DNA of 32,000 nt from Mycobacterium leprae TN (GCF_000195855.1 NC_002677.1:2850001-2882000); one strand, 5' to 3'; shown: positions 20,652 to 30,040, counted from the stretch's first letter. A program made the numbers and translations. The notes: generated by a model not told the origin, from the sequence alone.

Positions 20652-21509
20652 CTAGTCGTTCTGTAGATAACTAAGCAGACGCAGGATCTCGACATATAGC
20701 CAGACCAACGTTACGGTCAAGCCCAGAGCAATACCCCACGCCGCCTTCTCCGGCGCCCCCGCGCGGATCATCTGGTCAGCCGCATCGAAGTCAAGAAGAA
20801 AGCCAAATGCCGCGATGCCGATACACGCCAGTGAGAAGAGGATAGCCACCGGTCCGCCGCTGCGCAAACCTAGACCTGTTCCGCCACCCAAACCAAACAT
20901 CGCCAGCACAAAATTGCCTAGCATCAAAGCTAGCACACCGAATGTTCCCGCAACCAGCATTCGGGTGAACTTCGGGGTGACCCGGATGGCTCCGGTCTTG
21001 TAGACGACGAGCATGCCAAAGAACACCCCGAAGGTGCCTAGAACGGCCTCCCCGATCAACACTCCAGCGTTGACTGTCGATACCTGAAAGTTGGCGAAGA
21101 GGAACGAAACCGCGCCGAGGAACAGCCCCTCGAGTACAGCGTAACTTAACACGATTGCCGGGCTGTTCTGTTTGCCCCCAAAGGTAGCGACCAGCACCAT
21201 CGCCAAGCCGCCAAAAACGCCGGCCAAGGTGAGCGGGGTGGCTAGTGCGAAATTCGATGCCACCAGGAAGAAAGAGACGATGGCCGAGACCACCAACACC
21301 GCCAGCGTCATGCCGGTCCTGGTAACGACATCGTCGATGGTCAGTGGCCGCGAAACCTGATAAGCACGAGTCTCCTGGTAGGGAGTCGCGGCATATGGAT
21401 CGGGTTGATAGTACCCCTGCTGCATCGGGGCCGCATCAGTACCGAACCGGGCGTACCCGCCCCTCTGCTTAGGCAACGAACGAAATACCGGGTTGCTTGT
21501 CTCGCGCAC
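20652..21509 (-). CDS. Bax-inhibitor-1/YccA-family integral membrane protein (Rv1072-like)
   Basis: 285-codon ORF with a GTG start preceded by gaggag. A Q/Y/P-rich N-terminus (RETSNPVFRSL...QQGYYQPDPYAATPYQ) is followed by about 7 hydrophobic helices and a C-terminal LRLLSYL. Confidence 0.85.
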   Translation of the reverse strand: MRETSNPVFRSLPKQRGGYARFGTDAAPMQQGYYQPDPYAATPYQETRAYQVSRPLTIDDVVTRTGMTLAVLVVSAIVSFFLVASNFALATPLTLAGVFGGLAMVLVATFGGKQNSPAIVLSYAVLEGLFLGAVSFLFANFQVSTVNAGVLIGEAVLGTFGVFFGMLVVYKTGAIRVTPKFTRMLVAGTFGVLALMLGNFVLAMFGLGGGTGLGLRSGGPVAILFSLACIGIAAFGFLLDFDAADQMIRAGAPEKAAWGIALGLTVTLVWLYVEILRLLSYLQND

Positions 21510-21768
21510 CGGTCGACTCCTCTCTTGTGGCTGTGGCTTCGATCCATGCGAACAGTTGCCTCAACGATCAATCGCCCACCCGAGTTCCCCATCGAGCTGC
21601 AGTTTTTTTGATTATTGCCGGGCTCGTATGTTCTCGCATGTTTGTTGTCGGGATAAACATAACCTTACCCGCGGACGGCTATCGAGCTAGCCACAGTCTA
21701 GAGTGCTGATCAATCCGTTGGGTGGCATTTTTGGGTCGTATTCTCCAATTGACGTGGAAGGCTAGGGT

Positions 21769-22806
21769 GTGGCTGGCGAATCAGATGAGGTCTTGGCGCG
21801 CGTTGAGGCCGGTATCGGCCTTATCACACTTAACCGCCCTAAGGCGATCAACTCGCTGAACCAGCAGATGGTGGACGCGCTGACCGCCATACTCACCAGC
21901 TGGGCAGACGACGACGCGGTACGTGCAGTGGTGCTATCTGGAGCCGGGGAACGCGGACTATGCGCCGGTGGCGATGTGGTGGCGATCTATCACAGTGCTC
22001 TCAAGGATGGGGTTGAGGCACGGCGGTTTTGGCGCAGCGAATATCTGCTCAACAGCCAAATCGCCCGGTTCCCCAAGCCGTACGTGTCGTTGATGGACGG
22101 CATCGTGATGGGCGGTGGCGTCGGCATCGGTGCACACGCAAACACTCGAGTGGTAACCGATACCTCGCAAGTGGCAATGCCCGAGGTCGGCATCGGGTTT
22201 ATCCCAGACGTCGGCGGGACATATCTGTTGTCTCGGGCGCCCGGTGCGCTGGGTCTGCATGTTGCGCTAACCGGAGCACCGTTTTCCGGTGCCGACGCTA
22301 TCGAGCTGGGCTTCGCTGACCACTATGTGCCGCACAGCGACCTTAACGCGTTCACCCGAGCGGTCGTTACCGACGGCGTTAACAGTGCGCTAGCCGGCTA
22401 CGCTATCGAACCTCCACCAAGCTACCTTGCCGCACAACGTGATTGGATCGACGAATGCTACGTTGGCGAAACCGTCAAAGACATCATCACCGCTTTGCGT
22501 GGGCATGATGCGGAACCTGCTGAAGGCGCCTTCAACCTGATCGTTAGCCGCTCCCCCGTCGCATTGTCAGTCACACTGGAGGCGATGCGTCGAGCAGCCA
22601 AACTGGAAACACTGACAGATGTTCTGACTCAAGACTATCGGGTGTCGTCGGCTTCACTGCACTCACACGACCTGGTGGAAGGCATCCGCGCGCAGCTGGT
22701 CCACAAGGATCGCAATCCACAATGGGCGCCGACGACACTGGCCGAAGTCACTGCAGCCGACATCTGTGGATATTTCGAGCCGGTTGACGATGACTTGAGT
22801 TTCTAG
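21769..22806 (+). CDS. echA9: 3-hydroxyisobutyryl-CoA hydrolase / enoyl-CoA hydratase family (Rv1071c homologue)
   Basis: 345-codon ORF with a GTG start and a ggaagg SD. It reads LARVEAGIGLITLNRPKAINSLNQQMV...GAGERGLCAGGDV...MDGIVMGGGVGI, the crotonase fold with the long C-terminal extension typical of HIBYL-CoA hydrolases. Confidence 0.9.
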   Translation: MAGESDEVLARVEAGIGLITLNRPKAINSLNQQMVDALTAILTSWADDDAVRAVVLSGAGERGLCAGGDVVAIYHSALKDGVEARRFWRSEYLLNSQIARFPKPYVSLMDGIVMGGGVGIGAHANTRVVTDTSQVAMPEVGIGFIPDVGGTYLLSRAPGALGLHVALTGAPFSGADAIELGFADHYVPHSDLNAFTRAVVTDGVNSALAGYAIEPPPSYLAAQRDWIDECYVGETVKDIITALRGHDAEPAEGAFNLIVSRSPVALSVTLEAMRRAAKLETLTDVLTQDYRVSSASLHSHDLVEGIRAQLVHKDRNPQWAPTTLAEVTAADICGYFEPVDDDLSF

Positions 22807-22830
22807 AAAGGCAATTTGGTGACGAATAAC

Positions 22831-23604
22831 ATGAAGTACGACACAATCCTCGTTGACGGCTACCAGCGAGTTGGCATCATCACACTGAACCGGCCACAGG
22901 CTCTGAACGCACTCAATAGCCAGATGATGAACGAAATCACTAATGCAGCAAAAGAATTAGACATCGATCCCGATGTTGGGGCGATCCTCATTACTGGTTC
23001 ACCCAAGGTTTTTGCTGCCGGCGCCGACATCAAAGAGATGGCCAGTTTAACGTTCACCGACGCATTTGACGCTGATTTTTTCTCCGCATGGGGCAAGCTG
23101 GCCGCCGTGCGTACCCCAATGATCGCCGCGGTGGCCGGATATGCACTCGGTGGTGGCTGCGAGTTAGCGATGATGTGCGATCTGCTTATCGCCGCCGACA
23201 CAGCGAAATTCGGTCAGCCAGAAATCAAACTCGGCGTTCTGCCCGGTATGGGAGGCTCCCAGCGCCTAACCCGAGCGATCGGCAAGGCCAAAGCAATGGA
23301 CCTGATCTTGACCGGACGCACCATCGACGCGGCCGAAGCCGAACGCAGCGGCCTGGTTTCGCGGGTGGTGCTGGCCGACGATTTACTGCCCGAGGCCAAG
23401 GCTGTCGCTACTACCATTTCGCAGATGTCTCGGTCGGCTACCCGGATGGCCAAGGAAGCAGTCAATCGGTCTTTCGAATCCACGCTGGCTGAAGGATTGC
23501 TCCACGAACGCCGGCTTTTCCATTCGACCTTCGTGACAGACGACCAGTCCGAGGGCATGGCGGCATTCATCGAGAAACGCGCTCCCCAGTTTACCCACCG
23601 ATGA
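22831..23604 (+). CDS. echA8: Enoyl-CoA hydratase (Rv1070c homologue)
   Basis: ORF 22816..23604 trimmed to the ATG at 22831 (257 aa). It reads [33 protein letters not shown]...[10 protein letters not shown]...[15 protein letters not shown]...[10 protein letters not shown]. Confidence 0.93.
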   Translation: MKYDTILVDGYQRVGIITLNRPQALNALNSQMMNEITNAAKELDIDPDVGAILITGSPKVFAAGADIKEMASLTFTDAFDADFFSAWGKLAAVRTPMIAAVAGYALGGGCELAMMCDLLIAADTAKFGQPEIKLGVLPGMGGSQRLTRAIGKAKAMDLILTGRTIDAAEAERSGLVSRVVLADDLLPEAKAVATTISQMSRSATRMAKEAVNRSFESTLAEGLLHERRLFHSTFVTDDQSEGMAAFIEKRAPQFTHR

Positions 23605-25110
23605 GCGAAGCTGGCTCTGCAACAGCCGCCGTTGGCGATGAAGCGGTTGACAGCGAATCAGCGATCGATACCGCGGAATCCGCCGGTGCTAACGCAACAC
23701 CCAATTGAACCCACTAAAACCAAAAAGCCGGTGTCGCCACCAAGCACCGAATTCAGCGGCTCACCACTACAGCTATTTACTGCAGCTATTTACTGCTGGC
23801 AATGTGGCTGGCTCTTTATTTTTATTCAATTGCACATGGTGCCGCCTCTGTTGCCGCGTGGTCCACTGTTCCAACGGCTGGTCAGCGGATTGCTCCTGAA
23901 CGACCGGCTACTACCTTGGCATCTTTGCCGTCTGCCTGGCCCGCTCAATACGGTTTCAGGACTCCTGCCCGTCCGCGCCTGCTAGGCCTAAGCTGGAGTT
24001 TATCGGGACCAGCCCGCTGGGTCTGCTCGTTATGGCGAACTAATTCCCCGCCTGGCAATACCAAATATATGACCTTATGGCTATAAGAAGCCTGAAAACT
24101 AAGAGTACCCGCTGGCCACAGGGCAGCCAAGGACGAATTTTCGTGGAGGCCGGCCCAACCGTCGATGAACTCACGGCGCTCAACGCAATCCCGACCATCG
24201 AGCCGATCCAGGCCTACGCAGGACCGGACTTCGCGGACGGCACCTCGGTGACTACGGAGGTGGCGACGCGCAAACTGCATCGGACTGGCAAATTGCAGTG
24301 CGCGGTCGCAACGTCCTACCTTGACCGGGTAGATCAACGAGGCTGAAGCTGACCCCTTGGCTAGAGTATATGTACACCAGCAACACCGCGGTCGTGAACA
24401 TGTAGTATTCGTTTTTGCCCAGCTGACCTGTCCTTCCTGGTGGAGAAAAAGAATACCTGACGCGCCGGCCAGGGACTCTTTGAAGCGGTTAACAAGTTGA
24501 TCCGGCAAATGCTGGAAGCGCAACGGCCCAAGTTGTTTGTGTTTTGCCAGAAAGTCTGGCGTTGTTCGGGTGGCGAGGCGCCGTTCATGAACCTGAACAA
24601 CCTCGTTGCCTACACCGAGAGTGAATTATACAGTTGACCTACGTTGTTCAACAACACCATCTAGACCTAACTGACCGGGACCCGCAATCGTGGTTCACCG
24701 ACAAGGGCCACCCATATACGACGACGGTCATAACAGCCGGTTCGTTTCCCGTCCAAGCAAATCTAGGACACTGGAACACTCTGTGAGTTAGACCTAAGAT
24801 GATGTACCTGCAGAACGCCTCCTACCTGATCACGTGGGAGACTCCCTGGTGTTGCACTTTAAAAATCTTTTATTTTCTCCAGACCGGACTGGATTGCAAG
24901 AAAAACGGAGCTACGACGTGCTACCCTAGACGCAATGGATTCCGGGAAGCACTTTCCTGCAAGTCTCTGCCGACATGACGGTCGCCGTCGATGTACCCGA
25001 CAGACATGGCCACCATTATGTCGCCAATGGTTGAGCCGTGGTGTGGGCGCGCTTCTAGAATAGAACACCGCAAAAAAACCGACAGGCTGCGAACACTGCT
25101 GCACAGCAAC
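23601..25110 (+). pseudogene. Membrane-anchored alpha/beta-hydrolase-family protein pseudogene (Rv1069c-like)
   Basis: The ATG at 23601 overlaps the echA8 stop (ATGA) but reaches a stop after 35 codons, at 23706. Homologous pieces follow in other frames: EFSGSPLQLF...LHMVPPLLPRGPLFQRLVSG; then ORF 24077..24346 with PIQAYAGPDFADG...HRTGKL; then MMYLQNASYLITWETPW and VPDRHGHHYVANG* near 24800-25040. Confidence 0.6.
23770..23795. repeat. Perfect 13-bp tandem duplication (cagctatttactg x2)
   Basis: Read directly from the sequence: 23770-23782 equals 23783-23795. Confidence 0.95.
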
Positions 25111-25288
25111 AACTAGGACGAAGTGACGACTACAATTAAATATGAGGGTTGACCTGATGTTTGTTCATTCAGCAAGGTAGCCGTCCTTACTATATAATTC
25201 ATAATTCCGAGGAGTTGTACAACACTGAGATGTTAACGTTCAGGCATCGGAAATTACACACTATGCGAATCGGCTCCGCTTAGAGTCA

Positions 25289-26222
25289 AGGGTGGTGGGT
25301 GAAACAGTGGTTTGGGTGGCGGTGTGTTGCAGTGTTGTGAGTTGATGTGATCGATCGTTAACCGTTCGTTTGGGTTGGGTGGGGGTGGGGATCGTGCGTG
25401 AGATCACCAGCAAGGGTGGGGCCCGCGTGTTTGCGGGTTGCTTTGGGGGTTGCACTGATTCGACACCAACTATGCTGGCTAAGACGCTCAATCGGGTTAC
25501 TGAGCTTGTATTGCTTAGCTATGCAGTGAGCAGTGGGCCAGTGGCTTTAAAGGCCGGCAAGGTGAGCGTTGTGGGCAGCTGCGTACGGAGATAGACATGT
25601 GTGCTGGCCAAGAAGTACAGTCCCGAACAAATTGTGGGGGTGTTGGCCCAAAACCTATCCCGACCGGCCCGAAAGATGCAGGTGTCCTATAAAACACTTC
25701 AACATCGAGTCCAAGCTCAACCAACATGTGCGCACTGGGTGGATGTTCCGCACGCTGAGGGCACAGCACGCTAAAACCGGGCACCACCATTATTCTCTAG
25801 GTATGGCCACCACCAGTGCACGTCCCGCGAAAACTACACGACCGTGTGGTGCTCTAACCTCATAGCATTGGGCGGATGATGTAATCATCGGCAAAAATTA
25901 GACCCCCAAATCGGCGCCCTGGCCGAACACAAGTAGCGGATTCGTGCAGCTGCTACACCTATCCAAGGACCACAGCACTGATGTGATCACTGCGGCCATG
26001 ATCAACCACAAGACAACGCCCTACCACAGAATCGCTGTACAACCCCAGCGTGAGACCAAGACCTCGAAACGACTCTCATACCCGCATCACCACGGCATCG
26101 ATACCGACCTTTGCGACCTGACGCACCGACCCGCCAATACACTGACCCACCACCCTTTACTCCACCCCCACAACAGAACACAAAACACTTCACCCATCAA
26201 CACCGCCACCCAAACCACTGTT
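25289..26222 (-). repeat. Dispersed repeat copy B (871-bp core 25314-26184, inverted relative to copy A, with different end modules)
   Basis: The core is the reverse complement of 8662-9532. The element is bounded by a perfect 22-bp inverted repeat: aacagtggtttgggtggcggtg at 25303-25324 and its complement at 26201-26222. Confidence 0.92.
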
Positions 26223-26259
26223 ACAACAAGTATTACACCTCAGTATTACCTAGCCAAAA

Positions 26260-26600
26260 TGGCTAAAATAACCCCCACCTCTATCTCTATCGGGGTGATG
26301 CGAACGCAAACTCGCGCAGATCGACCGGCCAGACGGAAGCCCAACACCTCGGCGTCCCGGGCGGGATCGACGACGATGTGGCGCACGTCCTGTTGCGGTA
26401 CCGCCCGGTGATGACTGGTGCCACGGCGCTATTCGGGCAACTGCGCGCGTAGCACATAGCGGTTGCCACCTCGAGGGTCGAGATGATCTGCACAGAGCAG
26501 ACATTGACCGCGGGGAAGCCTTCACAATCCAGCTACATGATAATGCAACAGCGAGGTTCGCCTGCTGATACGTCGTTGACATGGAAAAAGTCACACATCT
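26260..26600 (-). pseudogene. galE3: NAD-dependent epimerase (galE-like, Rv0536-like) C-terminal remnant
   Basis: Minus-strand fragments read FFHVNDV (near 26590), NVCSVQIISTLEVATAMC and, after a frameshift, DVRHIVVDPARDAEVLGFRLAG. These correspond only to about the last third of an epimerase. An in-frame stop is present. Confidence 0.45.
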
Positions 26601-26619
26601 AACCGCTGTCATCGAAAAT

Positions 26620-27351
26620 CTTCGGTGGATAGTCTATTTCGAGTGCAGAACGGAAGATCGTTGCCACCCAGGAGTATGGAGGGTCGCGCGACATGCCGGG
26701 GCCGTAAATGTTGTGGTACCGCGACACCACCACCGAGCCGCCAACCTTCACGCCATCGCCAACCACAACACCTGCGTCCAGATCAGTTACTTAAAACTAC
26801 TGCCGCATGGTATGTTTCCAGTTCTTAGGCGAACACCTCCTAGAGTAATAGCCGGTCAGGTTGGCCATGCCAAATCCAGAGGCGGACGAACTACTGGTTT
26901 TCCGCTCGGGTGGAAAATCGCGAGCCCCGAATTACCACACTGATACCGCCGTCGACCACGCTGGCTAGGACGGTGTCCGCGGCACGCAAAATCGGGCAAT
27001 AGGTATCGGCAAAGTCGAAATAAATGCCGATACGGCTACCGGTACGCTCGAAGTTCGGGGTTCAGACTGCCGCCCACGTACAGCGCGAAAACTCGCCGTA
27101 CGCCAAGCGAGCACAGCGCCCACATGTTGGGCCCGATACGACACGGTGTGCGCCGAGTATTTTTGTAGTGCGCCCCGTGCCGCGGCAAGAGAGCCACGTC
27201 GTGTTCCCCGATAGCGCCACCCGTGATAGGGACACTAGGCTTGTCACACGGAATGTCCGTTTGCCGTAGCGGAAAAATACTTGCAAACAGAACCCAAAAA
27301 AGTGTAGAAGTCGATGCTGATCACTCCAAGCATTCGCCCATTGTTATGCAT
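26620..27351 (-). pseudogene. pnp: 5'-methylthioadenosine / purine nucleoside phosphorylase pseudogene (Rv0535-like)
   Basis: The minus-strand ATG at 27351 gives MHNNGRMLGVI, matching my recollection of the M. tuberculosis Pnp N-terminus. Degraded frames follow with stops, retaining only islands (YSAHTVSYRA, MANLTGY, DLDAGVVVGDGVK). Confidence 0.7.
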
Positions 27352-27397
27352 GCCCCGCGTTTGATCGCATGCGTCCAACCACCGGCAGGATACCCTG

Positions 27398-28282
27398 ATG
27401 GCTAGTTTCGCTCAGTGGATCTCGGGTGCTCGGCCACGGACGCTACCGAACGCGGTGGCGCCCGTTGTTGCAGGCACCGGCACTGCGGCATGGCTGCACT
27501 CGGCCGTGTGGTGGAAAGCGCTGCTAGCGCTGGTCGTCGCTGTCGCGCTTGTCATCGGGGTCAACTACGCCAATGACTACTCCGACGGCATCCGTGGCAC
27601 CGACGACCACCGGGCCGGGCCAATGCGCTTGGTGGGCTCGCGGCTAGCTTTCCCGCGATCGGTGCTGACCGCCGCGGTTGTAGGCTTGACGGTCAGCACG
27701 GTGGCCGGGTTGGCACTCGCGCTACTCAGCGCACCGTGGCTAATCATGGTCGGCGCTACCTGCATCGCCGGAGCCTGGCTGTACACCGGTAGCTCGAAGC
27801 CCTACGGCTATAAAGGTTTTGGCGAAGTCGCGGTGTTCGTGTTCTTCGGCCTGGTCGCTGTGCTCGGCACCGAATACACCCAAGCATTGCGGGTGGACTG
27901 GGTGGGATTGGTGCTGGCGGTGTCGACCGGAGCGCTGTCGTCGTCAGTCCTGGTGGCCAACAACTTGCGGGATATTCACACCGACACACAGTCACACAAA
28001 TTCACCCTGGCGGTGCGCTTAGGTGATGCTCACACACGGCAATTATATCAAGCACTGCTGGTCGCCACCGGCGTGCTTACCGTGGTGCTGATGGTGGCGA
28101 CATCATGGTGTGCCGTCGGATTGGTGGCCACGCCGCTGGCTCTGCGCGCCATGCGGCCGGTGCGCTCCGGCCGCATGGGGCCCGACTTGACCCCGGTGCT
28201 GCGGGACACCGGACTTGCGATGGTGGTGTGGGCGATCGCGGTAGCTGGAGCTTTAACACTGGCGGGGTCAGTGACGTACTGA
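27398..28282 (+). CDS. menA: 1,4-dihydroxy-2-naphthoate polyprenyltransferase (Rv0534c homologue)
   Basis: 294-aa ORF. It reads [28 protein letters not shown]... and carries the UbiA-family motifs [14 protein letters not shown] and NNLRDIHTD. Hydrophobic throughout. Confidence 0.93.
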   Translation: MASFAQWISGARPRTLPNAVAPVVAGTGTAAWLHSAVWWKALLALVVAVALVIGVNYANDYSDGIRGTDDHRAGPMRLVGSRLAFPRSVLTAAVVGLTVSTVAGLALALLSAPWLIMVGATCIAGAWLYTGSSKPYGYKGFGEVAVFVFFGLVAVLGTEYTQALRVDWVGLVLAVSTGALSSSVLVANNLRDIHTDTQSHKFTLAVRLGDAHTRQLYQALLVATGVLTVVLMVATSWCAVGLVATPLALRAMRPVRSGRMGPDLTPVLRDTGLAMVVWAIAVAGALTLAGSVTY

Positions 28283-28349
28283 CGGTGCGCTTACGGCTTC
28301 AACTATGTGAATTGTCCTTGTTGGCAAAACTTTCAGCGCCGCAGCGATC

Positions 28350-28685
28350 TTACTCCTCGTCAGGCAAAGGCTCACCGCGCAGTCGAGCCCGTAACTGTTC
28401 GCGTTCGGAACGCCGGCGCTCGCCAACGACAGCAAGCGCAGCGGTGGCACGCCGACGCAGCGGACTGAACAGCCAGATACCCAGGGGCATCGCGATGATC
28501 AGAGCGAACAACGCGGCTACGACAATGGGCAGCTGGGTTACCCCCAACAATCGCGCCACCCCGTAAATCACGCTGCCGAGTAGAATCACCAGTAGTAACC
28601 GCGCCGCCGCGTAAAGCAAGACGTTTACGACTAGGTGATCCCGGTTGTGATCTGCAGCGCAGATGCTGTTTGGCCCCTTTGACAC
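28350..28685 (-). CDS. Small conserved membrane protein (Rv0531-like)
   Basis: 111-codon ORF with a GTG start. It has two hydrophobic helices (LVVNVLLYAAARLLLVILLGSVIYGV, LPIVVAALFALIIAMPLGIWLF) and a basic/acidic tail. Position fits the recalled Rv0529-Rv0531 order. Confidence 0.65.
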   Translation of the reverse strand: MSKGPNSICAADHNRDHLVVNVLLYAAARLLLVILLGSVIYGVARLLGVTQLPIVVAALFALIIAMPLGIWLFSPLRRRATAALAVVGERRRSEREQLRARLRGEPLPDEE

Positions 28686-28731
28686 GGTTTGAGCTTACGG
28701 CGCGAGTATATTCGCTCCAAGGAGGTGTCGA

Positions 28732-28893
28732 GTGCTTTACCTGCTCCTCGTCCTGGTTTTAGGGACACTGTTCTACATTGGCTGGCGCGCTGCGCAGGCG
28801 CAGGCCAACCGGCCGAAAACTCGCGTTATCGGACCTGACGACGACCCAGAGTTCTTGTGGCGACTCGAGCATCGGGACGATAACCCGCGTTAA
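28732..28893 (+). CDS. Unlisted 53-codon ORF: predicted single-pass small membrane protein
   Basis: GTG at 28732 preceded by aaggagg (28719-28725, 6-nt spacer). Translation is VLYLLLVLVLGTLFYIGWRAAQAQANRPKTRVIGPDDDPEFLWRLEHRDDNPR with stop at 28891-28893. It is below the 60-aa cutoff of the ORF track. It is divergent from the Rv0531-like gene. Confidence 0.4.
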   Translation: MLYLLLVLVLGTLFYIGWRAAQAQANRPKTRVIGPDDDPEFLWRLEHRDDNPR

Positions 28894-30000
28894 ACCGGGG
28901 AGCCCGTCGGTGAGAACTGCTGCCAGCTCAGTGAGCGCTTCACGAGTCTGTCGCCGCAACCAAGCCAGGTTAATCTCGGCGCCCTCCTCCCAGATGTGGG
29001 TGCAAAAAGCGCCAACCTCACCGCTCGGCAGCGTCGCGAGAAATGACCACCAATGGCCAGCACGACGACATGGCCGAATGCAGCAGCACTGGACCACAGT
29101 CAGTCACCATCAGGCCGTAGAACCGCTCCAGGATTTCCTGAATGCAACTATAGTCGTCAGCGCTAGATGCGCGTCGGAAACCGTCAGATCACTTTCCGAC
29201 GCCAGCACTTCCAGCCCCGCTCGAGCCTTGCGAGGTGTAACGGCGGACATTGCTTTATTCCGGCGTCGTGCCGTAACTGGCGCATAGTAGCCGAGGGTTC
29301 CAACGGAAACTTCTGCTCAAGGTGCCGCGATCGGGATTGACATCTACCGGCCACTACCCGGTCGCCTCGGACAGCAGCGAACACGAACCCAGCGGCCCGT
29401 GATGAATTGTGGTTTTGCCGCCCCCACCCTTCAGCGACAGCATAGCAATCGGGTAGCAACCCCGCACCGGGCAATCGACCTGGGCTACCAAATCACTACA
29501 GTCAGAGACCCTAGAGCTTTCCATCAGGTTAATCAGCTAGCCGGATGCCTTTAAAGGATAGACCGCCAGAACTCCAGCAATGGAAATCTGGCGGCCCACA
29601 TGAACATCCGGGTGTACAATTCCGGATACAGCGTGTGTGGCACGGACTCAAGAAGGTGCTAGACACCAACGGCTCCGCTGACCTCTCTGCACATAATAGC
29701 TGCCGAATTTCTGCCACGTCAACCTGCAGGACGCCGGTAACCAGAGGTGGATCCCAGTGCGGCATCCGGGACAGGCGATGCGGGTGTTGGTAGAGGTGTC
29801 CTGGCCAGCGGGTCAGGCCCAGGGGACGCCGCTATCTGCAAAATCCAACAAAGGCAAGGGTCGGTACTACACTGCCGGATTCGCTGGGTAGGTCGCCGGA
29901 CTACGGTTGAAGCGGCAACTGTGTCGTAGGATTATCAATGTCGCCATAGCCATCATAAGTTCGGAGCGTCTACAACCGTGAATGCTCGGAGAGACGACTA
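28759..30000 (-). pseudogene. Probable decayed gene between ccsA and the Rv0531-like gene (position of Rv0530); family not recognised
   Basis: Only fragmented minus-strand ORFs in different frames are present (29529..29765, 29184..29474, 28759..29097). The interval length of about 1.2 kb fits one gene. The call rests on position and fragmentation, not on a recognised motif. Confidence 0.3.
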
Positions 30001-30040
30001 CTCCATTGGCTGCAGTACTCAGCCGTCCACCAACAAGTAT

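Noticed and set aside
25944-26411. 155-aa ORF starting in repeat copy B and running into the flanking DNA
   Set aside because: The first ~80 residues are the same repeat-internal reading found truncated in copy A (8636..8902). The extension is an accident of the flank, where it is antisense to the galE-like remnant. It is not a credible gene.
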